Of a DNA stretch of 64,000 nt, positions 1 through 10,044 are shown one piece after another. Under the pieces are notes generated by a model that worked only from the letters and a program-made list of their open reading frames with translations, did no database searches and was not told where the DNA came from. The translations under genes were made by a program, and so were the position numbers. The stretch is from the NCBI GenBank assembly GCA_963725685.1, contig CAVRYZ010000006.1:10684-74683 (forward strand), read 5' to 3'. Every line of letters starts with the position of its first letter. Within the stretch, counting starts at the first letter, position 1. Source of the DNA: an uncultured Chloroflexia bacterium. Its GTDB lineage: Bacteria; Chloroflexota; Anaerolineae; Anaerolineales; UBA4823.

Positions 1-275
1 GGAACCTCCATTGGAATCTGATAAGTGGCACCACCCACACGGCGTGGTTTTACCTCAAGGATTGGAGATACATTTTTAATAGCCTGGTCAAAGATTTCAA
101 GAGCACTACGCTTTGAACGTTCCTCGATCATGTCAAATGCATCATAAACGATGGTTGTGGCAACACTTTTCTTACCGGCGCGGATCACACGGTTGATAAA
201 GTTCTGCACATGCTCGCTATTGAAGCGGACATCACCAGTAATTTCATGTTTTTCGGGTTTACTACGTCTGGACAT
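1..275 (-). CDS. rpsG: 30S ribosomal protein S7 (runs off window start; missed by ORF track)
   Basis: Manual translation from ATG at 275: MSRRSKPEKHEITGDVRFNSEHVQNFINRV...VSPILEVKPRRVGGATYQIPMEV; follows rpsL. Confidence 0.97.
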   Translation of the reverse strand, partial: MSRRSKPEKHEITGDVRFNSEHVQNFINRVIRAGKKSVATTIVYDAFDMIEERSKRSALEIFDQAIKNVSPILEVKPRRVGGATYQIPMEV

Positions 276-293
276 TCTATAACTCCCAGGAGA

Positions 294-713
294 TTATTCT
301 TTAGGACGCTTAGAGCCGTATTTTGAACGACCCTGTTTCCGGTTATTGACGCCGCCAGTATCCAATGAGCCACGCACGATGTGATAGCGCACACCAGGCA
401 GGTCTTTCACACGACCGCCACGCACCAGCACGACAGAGTGTTCCTGTAAGGCGTGACCTTCACCCGGGATATAAGCAGTGACTTCGATGCCATTAGTCAA
501 CCGTACACGCGCGATCTTGCGTAACGCTGAGTTAGGCTTTTTAGGCGTCATGGTCTTGACGACAGTGCAAACGCCACGCTTTTGAGGTGCGCCTTTGCTC
601 TGGCGAATCCGGTTTTGGTTGTAAAGATTGAGAGTGTATAACAGGGCAGGAGCCTTGCTCTTCTCTTTCTTTGATTTGCGTCCTCTACGGACTAGTTGAT
701 TAGTTGTTGGCAC
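294..713 (-). CDS. rpsL: 30S ribosomal protein S12
   Basis: [19 protein letters not shown] and [11 protein letters not shown] motifs. Confidence 0.99.
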   Translation of the reverse strand: MPTTNQLVRRGRKSKKEKSKAPALLYTLNLYNQNRIRQSKGAPQKRGVCTVVKTMTPKKPNSALRKIARVRLTNGIEVTAYIPGEGHALQEHSVVLVRGGRVKDLPGVRYHIVRGSLDTGGVNNRKQGRSKYGSKRPKE

Positions 714-855
714 CTTCGCCTCCGAACCTTTATGAATAAATTAGATAATTCCATTAAGGGAGGCCATCAATAACCTCGATGGCCTCGCCTTACTTGCATT
801 GGTATACGATTCTGGTAGGGAATCTACCTGCGTATGTTAAAGACGACGAGAAAGG

Positions 856-884
856 ATTTTACCATGCGCTCATAGGAGCGTCAA
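856..884 (-). promoter_or_regulatory. sigma70-type promoter for rpsL
   Basis: TTGACG-17 bp-TAAAAT on minus strand, just after the rpoB stop. Confidence 0.7.
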
Positions 885-889
885 GGATT

Positions 890-3800
890 TTACAGATGTG
901 GATCAAGGTCCAATAGACCGGTTTGTAACCTGGGCGGACGTGAACGTTCCTCGTCTTTACCAAATTTGATCACTTCACCAGTGTCAGTTACAGCCTCGAC
1001 AGCCAACCCCAAACTTTGGAGCTCCTTCACCAAAACACGGAAGGAGGCAGGAATGCTGGGTTCTTCTATAGGCTCACCTTTGACGATGGCTTCATAAGTC
1101 TTCACACGACCTTGAACATCGTCTGATTTCACCGTCAGCATTTCCTGGAGGGTGTAAGCCGCCCCATAGGCTTCTAATGCCCAGACTTCCATTTCACCGA
1201 AGCGCTGACCACCAAACTGAGCTTTACCACCTAAAGGCTGCTGCGAAACCAGGCTGTATGGACCAGTCGAGCGGGCATGAACTTTATCTTCAACCAGGTG
1301 GTGCAGCTTGAGCATGGTCATCACACCTACGGTCACTGGTCGATCGTAAGGATCACCGGCTTTCCCATCGCGGACAATTTGCTTGCCAAGTGTTGGGACG
1401 GGTCTACCTGTATCCAGAGCATATTTTTCAGCCTGACCAGCTAAGGCCTCATCTTTGACCTTTGATACATTCACACCTTCTTGATCCAGCCACAGACGAA
1501 GGCAGGTATTCAAGGTATAACTATCCATTTTCTCCTGCTGAGAAACATCACCGACGATGCCTTCGGAGGGGATCACCAGATCGGGATCGTAACCATAGAC
1601 GCGCAGCCATTCGCGCAACACGGAGCGTCGTGCATAGTAATAATCCGACTTGAACATGGATACATCATACCCAAGATCACCCAGCCAATCCTCCAGGTAC
1701 AGGTTGCGAACTTCATTATCATCCTCATATTGGCCAGGATCATGTTCAGTCAGGTTGAGCTGTTCCCAGGCTTTGAGACCAACTTCTTTCCAGGCCTGGT
1801 CAATCAACCAGGCACGGGCAAGCTCAGCATCGATCTCGTATTCCGTGGCACCATCAAATACCGGCGTAATGGCGCGGAAACCCAGCCGACTTGATGCCCA
1901 CCCAAGGTGGGTCTCCAGCACCTGACCGAGGTTCATACGACCTGGAACACCCGTTGGGTTCAGGATGATATCTACAGGAGTGCCATCCTCAAGGAAGGGC
2001 ATATCTTCTTCGGCAACGACACTCGAAACCACACCCTTATTGCCGTGGCGTCCAGCCATCTTATCGCCTGCAGTGATCTTGCGGCGCTGGGCAACCGATA
2101 CCCGCACCATCATGTCTACACCAGCAGCCAGGTCAGTATTATCCTCACGAGTAAATACTTTCACGTCGACTACTTTACCGCGCTCACCGTGGGGCATACG
2201 CAGGGAAGTATCTTTTACATCGCGGGATTTTTCACCGAAAATTGCGCGTAGTAAGCGCTCCTCGGGGGTCAGCTCTTTTTCACCCTTAGGTGAGATTTTG
2301 CCCACCAGGATGTCGTTAGGCCCAACTTCAGCACCGATGCGAATGATACCGGTCTCATCGAGGTCCTTGATTGCTTCCTCGCCTACATTGGGAATATCGC
2401 GTGTGATCTCTTCCGGACCCAGGCGGGTGTCGCGTGATTCAACTTCATACTTCTCGATGTGAACTGAAGTGAAGCGGTCTTCCTGAACCAGGCGTTCGGA
2501 GATGACGATGGCATCTTCGAAGTTAGCGCCTTCCCAGGATAAGAAAGCAACAATAACATTCTGACCCAAAGCCAGCTCACCATTTTCGGTGGAGGATGAG
2601 TCAGCAATCACTTCCCCTTTTTTGATGCGCTGCCCCTTGACTACAGCAGGGCGCTGGTCGATGCAGGTGGATTGGTTCGAGCGCTGGTACTTGCGCAGCT
2701 GGTAGATGTGGTCACTCTTGGGGGTGTGGATAACGATTTTATTCCCCGTCACAGAAGTGACTTCGCCATCCTCTTCCGCAATCACTACCTGGCCTGAGTC
2801 CATGGCGGCGTGATATTCCATCCCGGTAGAGACGGCAGGGACATCAGGGTTTAATAATGGGACTGCCTGGGTCTGCATGTTCGAACCCATCAAGGCACGG
2901 TTGGCATCATCATGCTCCAGGAAGGGGATTAAAGCGGCACTGATTCCCACGATCTGGTGCGGGGCAACATCCATGTAATCGATGTTGTCACTGGTGGCGA
3001 AGATGAAATCGGAATAGTGACGTGAGGAAATACTTGTGAGCACAAACTCATTGAATTCATTCAAGGGTGTGTTGGCCTGGGCGATGACGAAGCGGTCCTC
3101 AACATCGGCGGAGAGATATTCTGTTTCCTCAGTTACGAATGGTATAACAAGAACCTCTTTCAGCTTGAGCTTCTTGATTTTTTCTGCTAGGTCTAATGTA
3201 ACCCGCTCGCCATTTTTGGCCACCACCTTACCCGAGTCAGGGTGTTTCACATCTTCGCGCAATAAGCGTCCCACCAAACGCTCATCGGTGGGTGATATTG
3301 ATTTGCGCACCCGCCGGTAGGGAGTTTCAATGAAACCGTATTCATTTACACGGGCAAAAGAAGCCAAACGACCGATCAGACCGATGTTCGGGCCTTCAGG
3401 GGTTTCGATAGGGCAGATACGGCCATAGTGTGAGTGGTGGACATCCCGGACATCAAAGCCCGCCCGCTCTCGACGCAGACCTCCAGGACCAAGGGCGGAG
3501 AGGGTGCGTTTGTGGCGCAGCTCTGCCAATGGGTTGGTTTGATCCATGAATTGAGATAGCTGGCTCGAGCCGAAGAATTCACGCAAGGCAGCCACGACCG
3601 GGCGAATATTGATCAAAGTGATCGGGGTCAGCTGATCCTGGTCACGGATCGACATGCGTTCCTTGATCACCCGCTCCATACGGCGTAAACCGATCCGCAG
3701 CTTGTTTTGGATCAGCTCGCCGACTGTTTTTGCACGACGGTTACCCAGGTGGTCGATATCATCCGGTGCCTGGGTGCCATTATTGATCATGATCATACGG

Positions 3801-4794
3801 CGAACAAGCCTGACGATGTCCCATTTGGTGATCATGCGGTGCGTGATGGGCACGCGGTCATGTAAATCCAGTTTCTGATTGAGCTTGTAGCGACCTACGC
3901 GTTCCAGGTCGTAATGGCGCTGGTCGAACAATTGCTCCTGCAGGAAACCACGTGCATTATCCAGCGTGGCTGGGTCACCTGGTCGCATACGCTTAAAGAA
4001 TTCCAACAGAGCTGCCTCGGAGATCGTTTGCTTGCTGGTTATATCCCATTGGGGCTCCTGGGCGAAGGAAGAAGGTATAAACATGCGATCGGGGTTATTA
4101 TCCACATCCTGGAAAAGCGACAGTAATTCCTCATCGGTGCCAGTGTTGAGCGGTGAATCAGGCAGACCGTCATTTACAGCGGCCAAAGCCCGTAAAAAGA
4201 TCGTAATGGGTACGGTGCGCTTGCGGTTAAACCGGAGGGTGAGATAGTCGCTTTTGCGGGTCTCGAATTCCATCCAGGCACCGCGATCGGGGATCAGCTT
4301 GGCGATTGCTAAAAGACGCCCGGTCGAACGGTCAATTGGAGCTTCGAAGTACACACCTGGAGAACGAATTAACTGTGAAACGACCACACGCTCGGTACCA
4401 TTGATAATAAAGGTGCCTTTTTCCGTCATCTCGGGGAAATCACCCAGAAAGATATCCTGCTTGATAGGCTGCTGGACTTCGGGTCCGGCGAGCAGGACTG
4501 AGACGTATAGTGGACTGGCGTAAGTCAGGTCACGCTCAACGCATTCCTCAAGTGAGTGTTTAGGCTCACCGAATTTATAGGTTAACTCCCATTGATCTGA
4601 TTCAGGAGTTCGGGAGGGGAAGTACAGCTTCATCCCCTTGTTATAGGATTCGATGGGTGATATTTCATGGAAGAGATCAGCCAGGCCTTCTTTTTTAAGC
4701 GCTCGAAGGATTCAAGCTGAACTTCGATCAAGTCCGGCAGCTTCAGGTCAATAGTAATCCGCGCATAGGACTTGGTAGGCAGTTTAGGTGCCAT
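890..4794 (-). CDS. rpoB: RNA polymerase beta subunit; true start ATG 4794, one-base frameshift at ~4691-4696
   Basis: [12 protein letters not shown] and [18 protein letters not shown] motifs. N-terminal [13 protein letters not shown]...[15 protein letters not shown] lies in another frame and rejoins as [18 protein letters not shown] if one A is added. Confidence 0.97.
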
Positions 4795-4841
4795 ATATCT
4801 CTCCTAGTTCAACGATTTTTCGCTGAAGAAAATATGTTGTG

Positions 4842-4883
4842 AACAACAAATAAGGCGTGATGAAAACCGTTCCATCACGCTTT
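4842..4883 (-). terminator. terminator-like hairpin in rpoB 5' leader
   Basis: GCGTGATG...CATCACGC stem followed by TTATTTGTT on minus strand. Confidence 0.45.
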
Positions 4884-4955
4884 GAAATTTTTATATCCCT
4901 AATTTATTGTCCATTTCATCCAAAATTATCGCACAGGGCAAACACGCAAACGAAT

Positions 4956-4983
4956 ATTATATCATGTGCCTTGAAAAGGTCAA
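4956..4983 (-). promoter_or_regulatory. sigma70-type promoter for rpoB
   Basis: TTGACC-16 bp-TATAAT with extended -10 TG. Confidence 0.65.
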
Positions 4984-5073
4984 GATACCTGGATTAACAG
5001 TTGATGAAACTTTACGACGATTTACCCGTGTTTATCAGTTCACAAGGCTATCTTATCCTGTTAGAATTCGAGT

Positions 5074-5979
5074 ATGGATAATAACGCAGCAAATTTTAAA
5101 GCTGGATTCGTAGCTGTGATGGGCCGTCCGAATGTTGGCAAATCGACTTTGATCAATGCCATGATTGGCCAGAAAGTGGCAGCCGTATCACCGCGACCTC
5201 AAACCACGCGTAGACGGCAAGAAGGCATCTTAACCACCAACGAATATCAGGTGATATTTATCGATACACCCGGGGTGCATAAACCGCATACTAAATTTGG
5301 TGAAAGTATGAATGCTGAAGCCCGCTCAGCTCTGGAGCATTGTGACCTGGTCTTATTCATGGTGGATGCCAGCCAGATGCCGACGGATGAAGATAGGCTA
5401 CTGAGCGAGATGCTTGCCACGTTGCGTAGACCAGACAAAGTAGTGGTGGTGCTGAATAAAATTGACCTGATTCAGTCTGGAAAGCTGCCTGAAATACGCG
5501 AAGCCTATCAGAGCCTGATTCCAGGTGGGACTTTAATTACTATCTCTGCCACACGTGGGGATAACAGGAATACATTGCTTAAAAATGTCATTGCTCATAT
5601 ACCGGAGGGAGAGCCATTTTACCCTGAAGAGCAGGTGACAGATTTATTTGAACGGGACATTACGGCAGATCTGATCCGGGAGGCATGCCTGAATAACCTG
5701 CGATACGAGGTGCCCCATGGAATTGTGGTCAGGATTGACGAGTACACCGAACGAAATGAGCAGGGCGTATATATCGAAGCAACCATATTTGTGGAGCGTG
5801 AATCACATAAAGGCATCGTGATCGGTCAGAACGGCCAGATGCTGAAGAAAATCGGGATGGCAGCCCGTAAGGGAATCGAAGCCATGAACAGCAAGAAGGT
5901 GTACCTGCTCTTACGCGTGAAAGTGCGGAAAAACTGGCGGGATGACGAAAAAATGGTAAAGCAGATGTTCAATTCCTAG
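5074..5979 (+). CDS. era: GTPase Era
   Basis: GRPNVGKST, PQTTR, DTPG, NKID motifs and C-terminal KH domain (GIVIGQNG). Confidence 0.97.
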   Translation: MDNNAANFKAGFVAVMGRPNVGKSTLINAMIGQKVAAVSPRPQTTRRRQEGILTTNEYQVIFIDTPGVHKPHTKFGESMNAEARSALEHCDLVLFMVDASQMPTDEDRLLSEMLATLRRPDKVVVVLNKIDLIQSGKLPEIREAYQSLIPGGTLITISATRGDNRNTLLKNVIAHIPEGEPFYPEEQVTDLFERDITADLIREACLNNLRYEVPHGIVVRIDEYTERNEQGVYIEATIFVERESHKGIVIGQNGQMLKKIGMAARKGIEAMNSKKVYLLLRVKVRKNWRDDEKMVKQMFNS

Positions 5980-5994
5980 TTGAGGAGGGAGAGC

Positions 5995-6666
5995 ATGTCG
6001 TATTACCCGATCATTGTCGTTTTGATATTGGCTATATTGGATTGGATTGCGGCAGAGAAGAAAATAAAACCGCTTGAGTATATTGCTAAACCGGCTACAA
6101 TGCTGGCTTTACTTTGGTGGATGTGGCAAAGCGTGGGTCTGGGTAGCTCGATGCTCTGGTTTACGCTGGGGGCAATATTTTGCCTGGCTGGGGATGTGTT
6201 CCTGATGGTTCCACGTGATATGTTCATATTTGGGCTACTTGCCTTCCTGGCAGGACATGTATTTTATATAATCGGCCTGAATAATATTGCTCCGTATATT
6301 AACCTATGGGGAGGAGCCGTGATCATCCTGTTGGGGGTTTATCTCTTATGGTTATACCCGAAATTAGCCGCTGGGTTGAATGAAAAGGGGAAGACCGTAT
6401 TAAAAATCCCGGTGCTTATTTATTCACTGGTGATCAGCCTGATGGTCTATTCTGCCCTTATGACGTGGACCCGACCTGGATGGCTTACGATCCCAGCTTT
6501 ACTTGTCAGCCTGGGTGCATTATTATTTTTTGCTTCCGATTCGATGCTGGCATGGGACCGGTTTATCCATCCACTCTCGCATGCCCGCTTACGGGTGATG
6601 ACGACCTATCATTTAGGTCAAATTGGGATACTCTTGGGGGCGATGCTTCATATCGTTCTAAAATAA
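5995..6666 (+). CDS. YhhN/lysoplasmalogenase-family membrane protein
   Basis: KP, GDVFL, FLAGH, SDSML and TYHLGQ motifs; multiple TM helices; RBS GAGGAGG before ATG 5995. Confidence 0.85.
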   Translation: MSYYPIIVVLILAILDWIAAEKKIKPLEYIAKPATMLALLWWMWQSVGLGSSMLWFTLGAIFCLAGDVFLMVPRDMFIFGLLAFLAGHVFYIIGLNNIAPYINLWGGAVIILLGVYLLWLYPKLAAGLNEKGKTVLKIPVLIYSLVISLMVYSALMTWTRPGWLTIPALLVSLGALLFFASDSMLAWDRFIHPLSHARLRVMTTYHLGQIGILLGAMLHIVLK

Positions 6667-6667
6667 A

Positions 6668-6881
6668 GGGCTGTCTCAAAAGTAGAAGCGCGACCAGTCC
6701 AGTCAAACTTTAACCGGAAGGGTGGAATTCCGAAAATGCCATGATTGATTACTGCAGCGCTTTGAATGAAGGTGCATTGTACGGGCGTAGGGTTATTTTT
6801 GGTGTATTTTGTTCAAATCCCACCCCTACGCCACTACATTGCAGAATATTATCCCCAATATTGTGACTTTTTAGACAGCCC
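6668..6881. mobile_element. MITE-like non-autonomous element or IS remnant
   Basis: Terminal inverted repeats GGGCTGTCTCAAAAGT / ACTTTTTAGACAGCCC (1 mismatch in 16); no transposase inside. Confidence 0.6.
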
Positions 6882-6929
6882 CTTGATCTGGCATATATAT
6901 AAAAGTACGATCGAAATTACATCTTCTAA

Positions 6930-7913
6930 TTAAGAGGGAAGAAGCTCTCCAGTGGAGCTTGGGGGTATGCTCGTGCTACTAATATACGGCTTCATCCCAA
7001 ATTGAGTCAACAAGACTGCGCCCAGACCCCACAAACCAACCAGGGCTTTAGGGATCCAGCCAATGCATGGGATGATTACTTCCAGACCACTCAGTGTGGT
7101 CATCAATACCAAAGTGCCCAAGCCGGCAGCAATCGCTGGGTGCCATTCCTTTTTGAATGCGGCGCTGATCCGCTTTCCGAGCTCAAGACTGATTGCGACC
7201 AATCCAAATACCCAGGCAAGCACCAGTAGAAATACACCGAGTAATGAAACTGGAATCAGGCAGATAGTTATCGCCAGGAGAACCAGGATGATGGGCAGGA
7301 TAATGACGGTAAGGATACCCATGCCTCCAGAAATAAGCGGCTGCGAGAGGGCGGTTTGGGAGATACGGGACATATGTACGGGGATGAACATCGCTGCCAG
7401 CATGGCAGCCAAAGTCCACAGGAATAATCGCAAGAAGAAGCCGACAACTTTAAAGAATGGATCAACATTACTGTTCAAAGTGGGGAAATGGACCCCTCCG
7501 GGGAGGAGAACATAAGGAGTGTTATTGTTTGTGTTGACCTGTCCTTTGATCTGGGCAGCCGGATCTCGATTAACCACCGTACCAGCGCTGGTGAGGTTGC
7601 CACTCAGGGTAAATGTCGCTGTCAGATTTACAGTTCCACCGAGGACGGTGAAATCACCATTAACTGCACCGGCAGCCTGAACGCTCCCACCAATGATGAG
7701 CACGCTTCCATTGATATTCGAGCCACTCATCAAATTTACGGTTCCACCCAAGATAAACAAATCATCATTCAGGGTTTGCCCACTCTGCAGTGTATAGCTG
7801 TTCCCGATGACTACATAATTCTGAGAAGCTGCAAATGCTGTAACGGGAAATAATCCCAGGAGCATGATTGCGATGATAGTAGCGGATAACAATTTCTTAT
7901 TAAGATATTTCAT
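6930..7913 (-). CDS. membrane protein with polymer-forming/bactofilin-like beta-helical repeats
   Basis: Signal peptide, repeated (I/V)xGD/GGxV units, then several TM helices; third gene of ECF operon. Confidence 0.65.
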   Translation of the reverse strand: MKYLNKKLLSATIIAIMLLGLFPVTAFAASQNYVVIGNSYTLQSGQTLNDDLFILGGTVNLMSGSNINGSVLIIGGSVQAAGAVNGDFTVLGGTVNLTATFTLSGNLTSAGTVVNRDPAAQIKGQVNTNNNTPYVLLPGGVHFPTLNSNVDPFFKVVGFFLRLFLWTLAAMLAAMFIPVHMSRISQTALSQPLISGGMGILTVIILPIILVLLAITICLIPVSLLGVFLLVLAWVFGLVAISLELGKRISAAFKKEWHPAIAAGLGTLVLMTTLSGLEVIIPCIGWIPKALVGLWGLGAVLLTQFGMKPYISSTSIPPSSTGELLPS

Positions 7914-8443
7914 ACAACCCTCCGAGCCAGGCTAAATTTTCGGTATGCTGTCAGCCAGAGCACGCTCATAAAACTGATGATACCGACTAAAAAGAACATC
8001 CCCAAAAATGTGTAGAGTGGAATCGGCCATGAATACGAGCTGGCTACATTGCGTATCATATAGTACAGAGATGCAAGGCCTACCAGGCGATTAAGCCACA
8101 CCGCTAAATATGGTCCAGGTGCCTGAATCAACGACCAGAGTTGGGAAATCAATAAAACCAATAATCCGGTTGCAATCAGCGTGGTGGCAGCGATAGATAC
8201 CCAGCCCCAACGTGATTGTTGATGCGATTGGTATTCGATCAGGTGTCTCTGCCAGCGGGCTGTGAAACCTGAAGCCGGCTCGACCTGGGGGACTTTTCGT
8301 ATGGCAAATTCCACTTCCTGCAAGGCAGTTTCGACCTGTTTACAGGAATCACACACGCTCAGGTGATCCTGCAGAGCCTGGTTCTGCTCAGTAGAAAGCG
8401 GTTGATCAGCTCCCAGTAACTCTCTAAAAGGCTGATGATTCAT
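7910..8443 (-). CDS. zinc-finger (HxxxCxxC) anti-sigma factor
   Basis: HLSVCDSC motif plus TM helices; overlaps end of ECF sigma gene. Confidence 0.85.
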   Translation of the reverse strand: MNHQPFRELLGADQPLSTEQNQALQDHLSVCDSCKQVETALQEVEFAIRKVPQVEPASGFTARWQRHLIEYQSHQQSRWGWVSIAATTLIATGLLVLLISQLWSLIQAPGPYLAVWLNRLVGLASLYYMIRNVASSYSWPIPLYTFLGMFFLVGIISFMSVLWLTAYRKFSLARRVV

Positions 8444-9017
8444 GCGGTTTCCTTTCCGGCACAAAATTACTTCCTTTTTGATTTACCCAGGATTGTGCCA
8501 TAGTCAGTCTGGCGCGATGAAGGCGGCTTTTAACTGCGCTTGAGGATAATGAAAGGCTTTTTGCGATCTCATCGTATGAAAAATCGTACCAATAATACAT
8601 GATCACGGCTGCTCGATCATGTGGCGAAAGTGTTTTTAACAAAGTCTGCACTCGTTTTTGATCCTCATGATTATAAAAAGTAGTTTCAGGACCGGGTAAT
8701 CCATCCGGCGGATCGAGATAGGGTGTAGTGTCCATCGAGATGACGATCATCCGCCGCTTACGCAACTGGTCGATGCAATGATGGGCTGCAATAGATAACA
8801 GCCAGGTGGTAAAAGGACGTTTCGCATCATAATGCATTATATTTTTATACACCCGCAGGAATGTCTCCTGAGATGCATCCTCGGCTTCATCTGGATCTCC
8901 CAGCATTCGATAACACAGGTTATATACTGGTTTCTGATAAGTTTCAACCAGCTGGGTGAAAGCGTCTTCATTACCTTGATGAACCCGGTCGAGAACTTCA
9001 GGCTCTAGGTTATTCAC
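8424..9017 (-). CDS. ECF sigma factor (SigW-like)
   Basis: AEDASQETFL, FTTWLLSIA, SYDEIA...VKSRLHRAR. Confidence 0.93.
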   Translation of the reverse strand: MNNLEPEVLDRVHQGNEDAFTQLVETYQKPVYNLCYRMLGDPDEAEDASQETFLRVYKNIMHYDAKRPFTTWLLSIAAHHCIDQLRKRRMIVISMDTTPYLDPPDGLPGPETTFYNHEDQKRVQTLLKTLSPHDRAAVIMYYWYDFSYDEIAKSLSLSSSAVKSRLHRARLTMAQSWVNQKGSNFVPERKPHESSAF

Positions 9018-9049
9018 GTCGTACTCCTGTATGGTTATCTGATCCTATA

Positions 9050-9075
9050 TACGCACGCCTTTTTCAAATGTTGCA
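9050..9075 (-). promoter_or_regulatory. putative ECF autoregulatory promoter
   Basis: TGCAAC-N16-CGTA upstream of the ECF gene; resembles SigW-type TGAAAC-N16-CGTA. Confidence 0.65.
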
Positions 9076-9159
9076 TAGATAGGTTAATCATAAAAAAACA
9101 CTTTATCATTTAACCATAACCATCCAAATCAACACTAATATTATCTTAGGTCCGCATTG

Positions 9160-10044
9160 TCATTGCCGGAGAGGCCGAAAGCCTTCTCCCAAGACTTCAT
9201 GTGCCTGACCAATCACAATGAACGCCCCTGGATCTATTTCCCGAACCAGGCTTTTTAGCACGCTGACTTCTGAACGATTGATGACACAATAAAGCATACA
9301 GCGTTCCGTTCCTGTATAAGCACCGGTGGCGTTTATGGAAGTTACCCCACGTTCCAAATCTGTCAGTATCGAATGGGATACCTGATCAGGTTGCGTGGTA
9401 ATGATGAAGGCAGTACGCACGACGTTGGGACCTTCCGTAGTTACTTCCGCCGCAATCCCGCTGATAAACAACATAATGATAGCGTATAAAGCATTCCGCC
9501 AGCTGTATGCCAGTCCACCAAGCAGCATGATGAGCGAATCGGTGATCAGGTAACTTTGAGATATGGGGATGCTGCGCCAATTTGTAATGATACGGACGAG
9601 GATATCGGTGCCACCACTCGTGCCATGCCCCCGGTAGACCAATCCATAACCGATACCGCTGATCACGCCTCCATACAGGGTGGTGAGCACCAGGTCGGTA
9701 GATAAACCTTCCTTAGGTAAAAAGAAAACCAGACCATCGGTGAATAATGAAACCATAACCACGGCAAAGGCTGTACGGACGGCAAAACGCTTGCCTCCCA
9801 GGTGACGCCATCCCAGGATCAATAAGGGGATGTTACCGATTAGGATCATGACACCGATGGGAAATCCTGTGTAAAAGTTGATCAGTTGAGCCAACCCGCT
9901 GACGCCTCCGTTGACCAGATGACCGGGGACGAGGAAGAGGCGAATCGAAAGGGCTTGCAGTAAAGCGCCGAGTGTGATTAATAAATAATCGCTCCCGGAT
10001 GCCCAGGAGAATCTACCGAAGGATGATTTTAGGCTTGTGCTCAT
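9160..10044 (-). CDS. YitT family membrane protein
   Basis: GGVSG, GTSGGTD, RGVT...GAYTG and DPGAF motifs. Confidence 0.9.
   Translation of the reverse strand: MSTSLKSSFGRFSWASGSDYLLITLGALLQALSIRLFLVPGHLVNGGVSGLAQLINFYTGFPIGVMILIGNIPLLILGWRHLGGKRFAVRTAFAVVMVSLFTDGLVFFLPKEGLSTDLVLTTLYGGVISGIGYGLVYRGHGTSGGTDILVRIITNWRSIPISQSYLITDSLIMLLGGLAYSWRNALYAIIMLFISGIAAEVTTEGPNVVRTAFIITTQPDQVSHSILTDLERGVTSINATGAYTGTERCMLYCVINRSEVSVLKSLVREIDPGAFIVIGQAHEVLGEGFRPLRQ

Noticed and set aside
890-4794. rpoB pseudogene
   Set aside because: Essential gene, otherwise intact; a single indel in a homopolymer is best explained as an error
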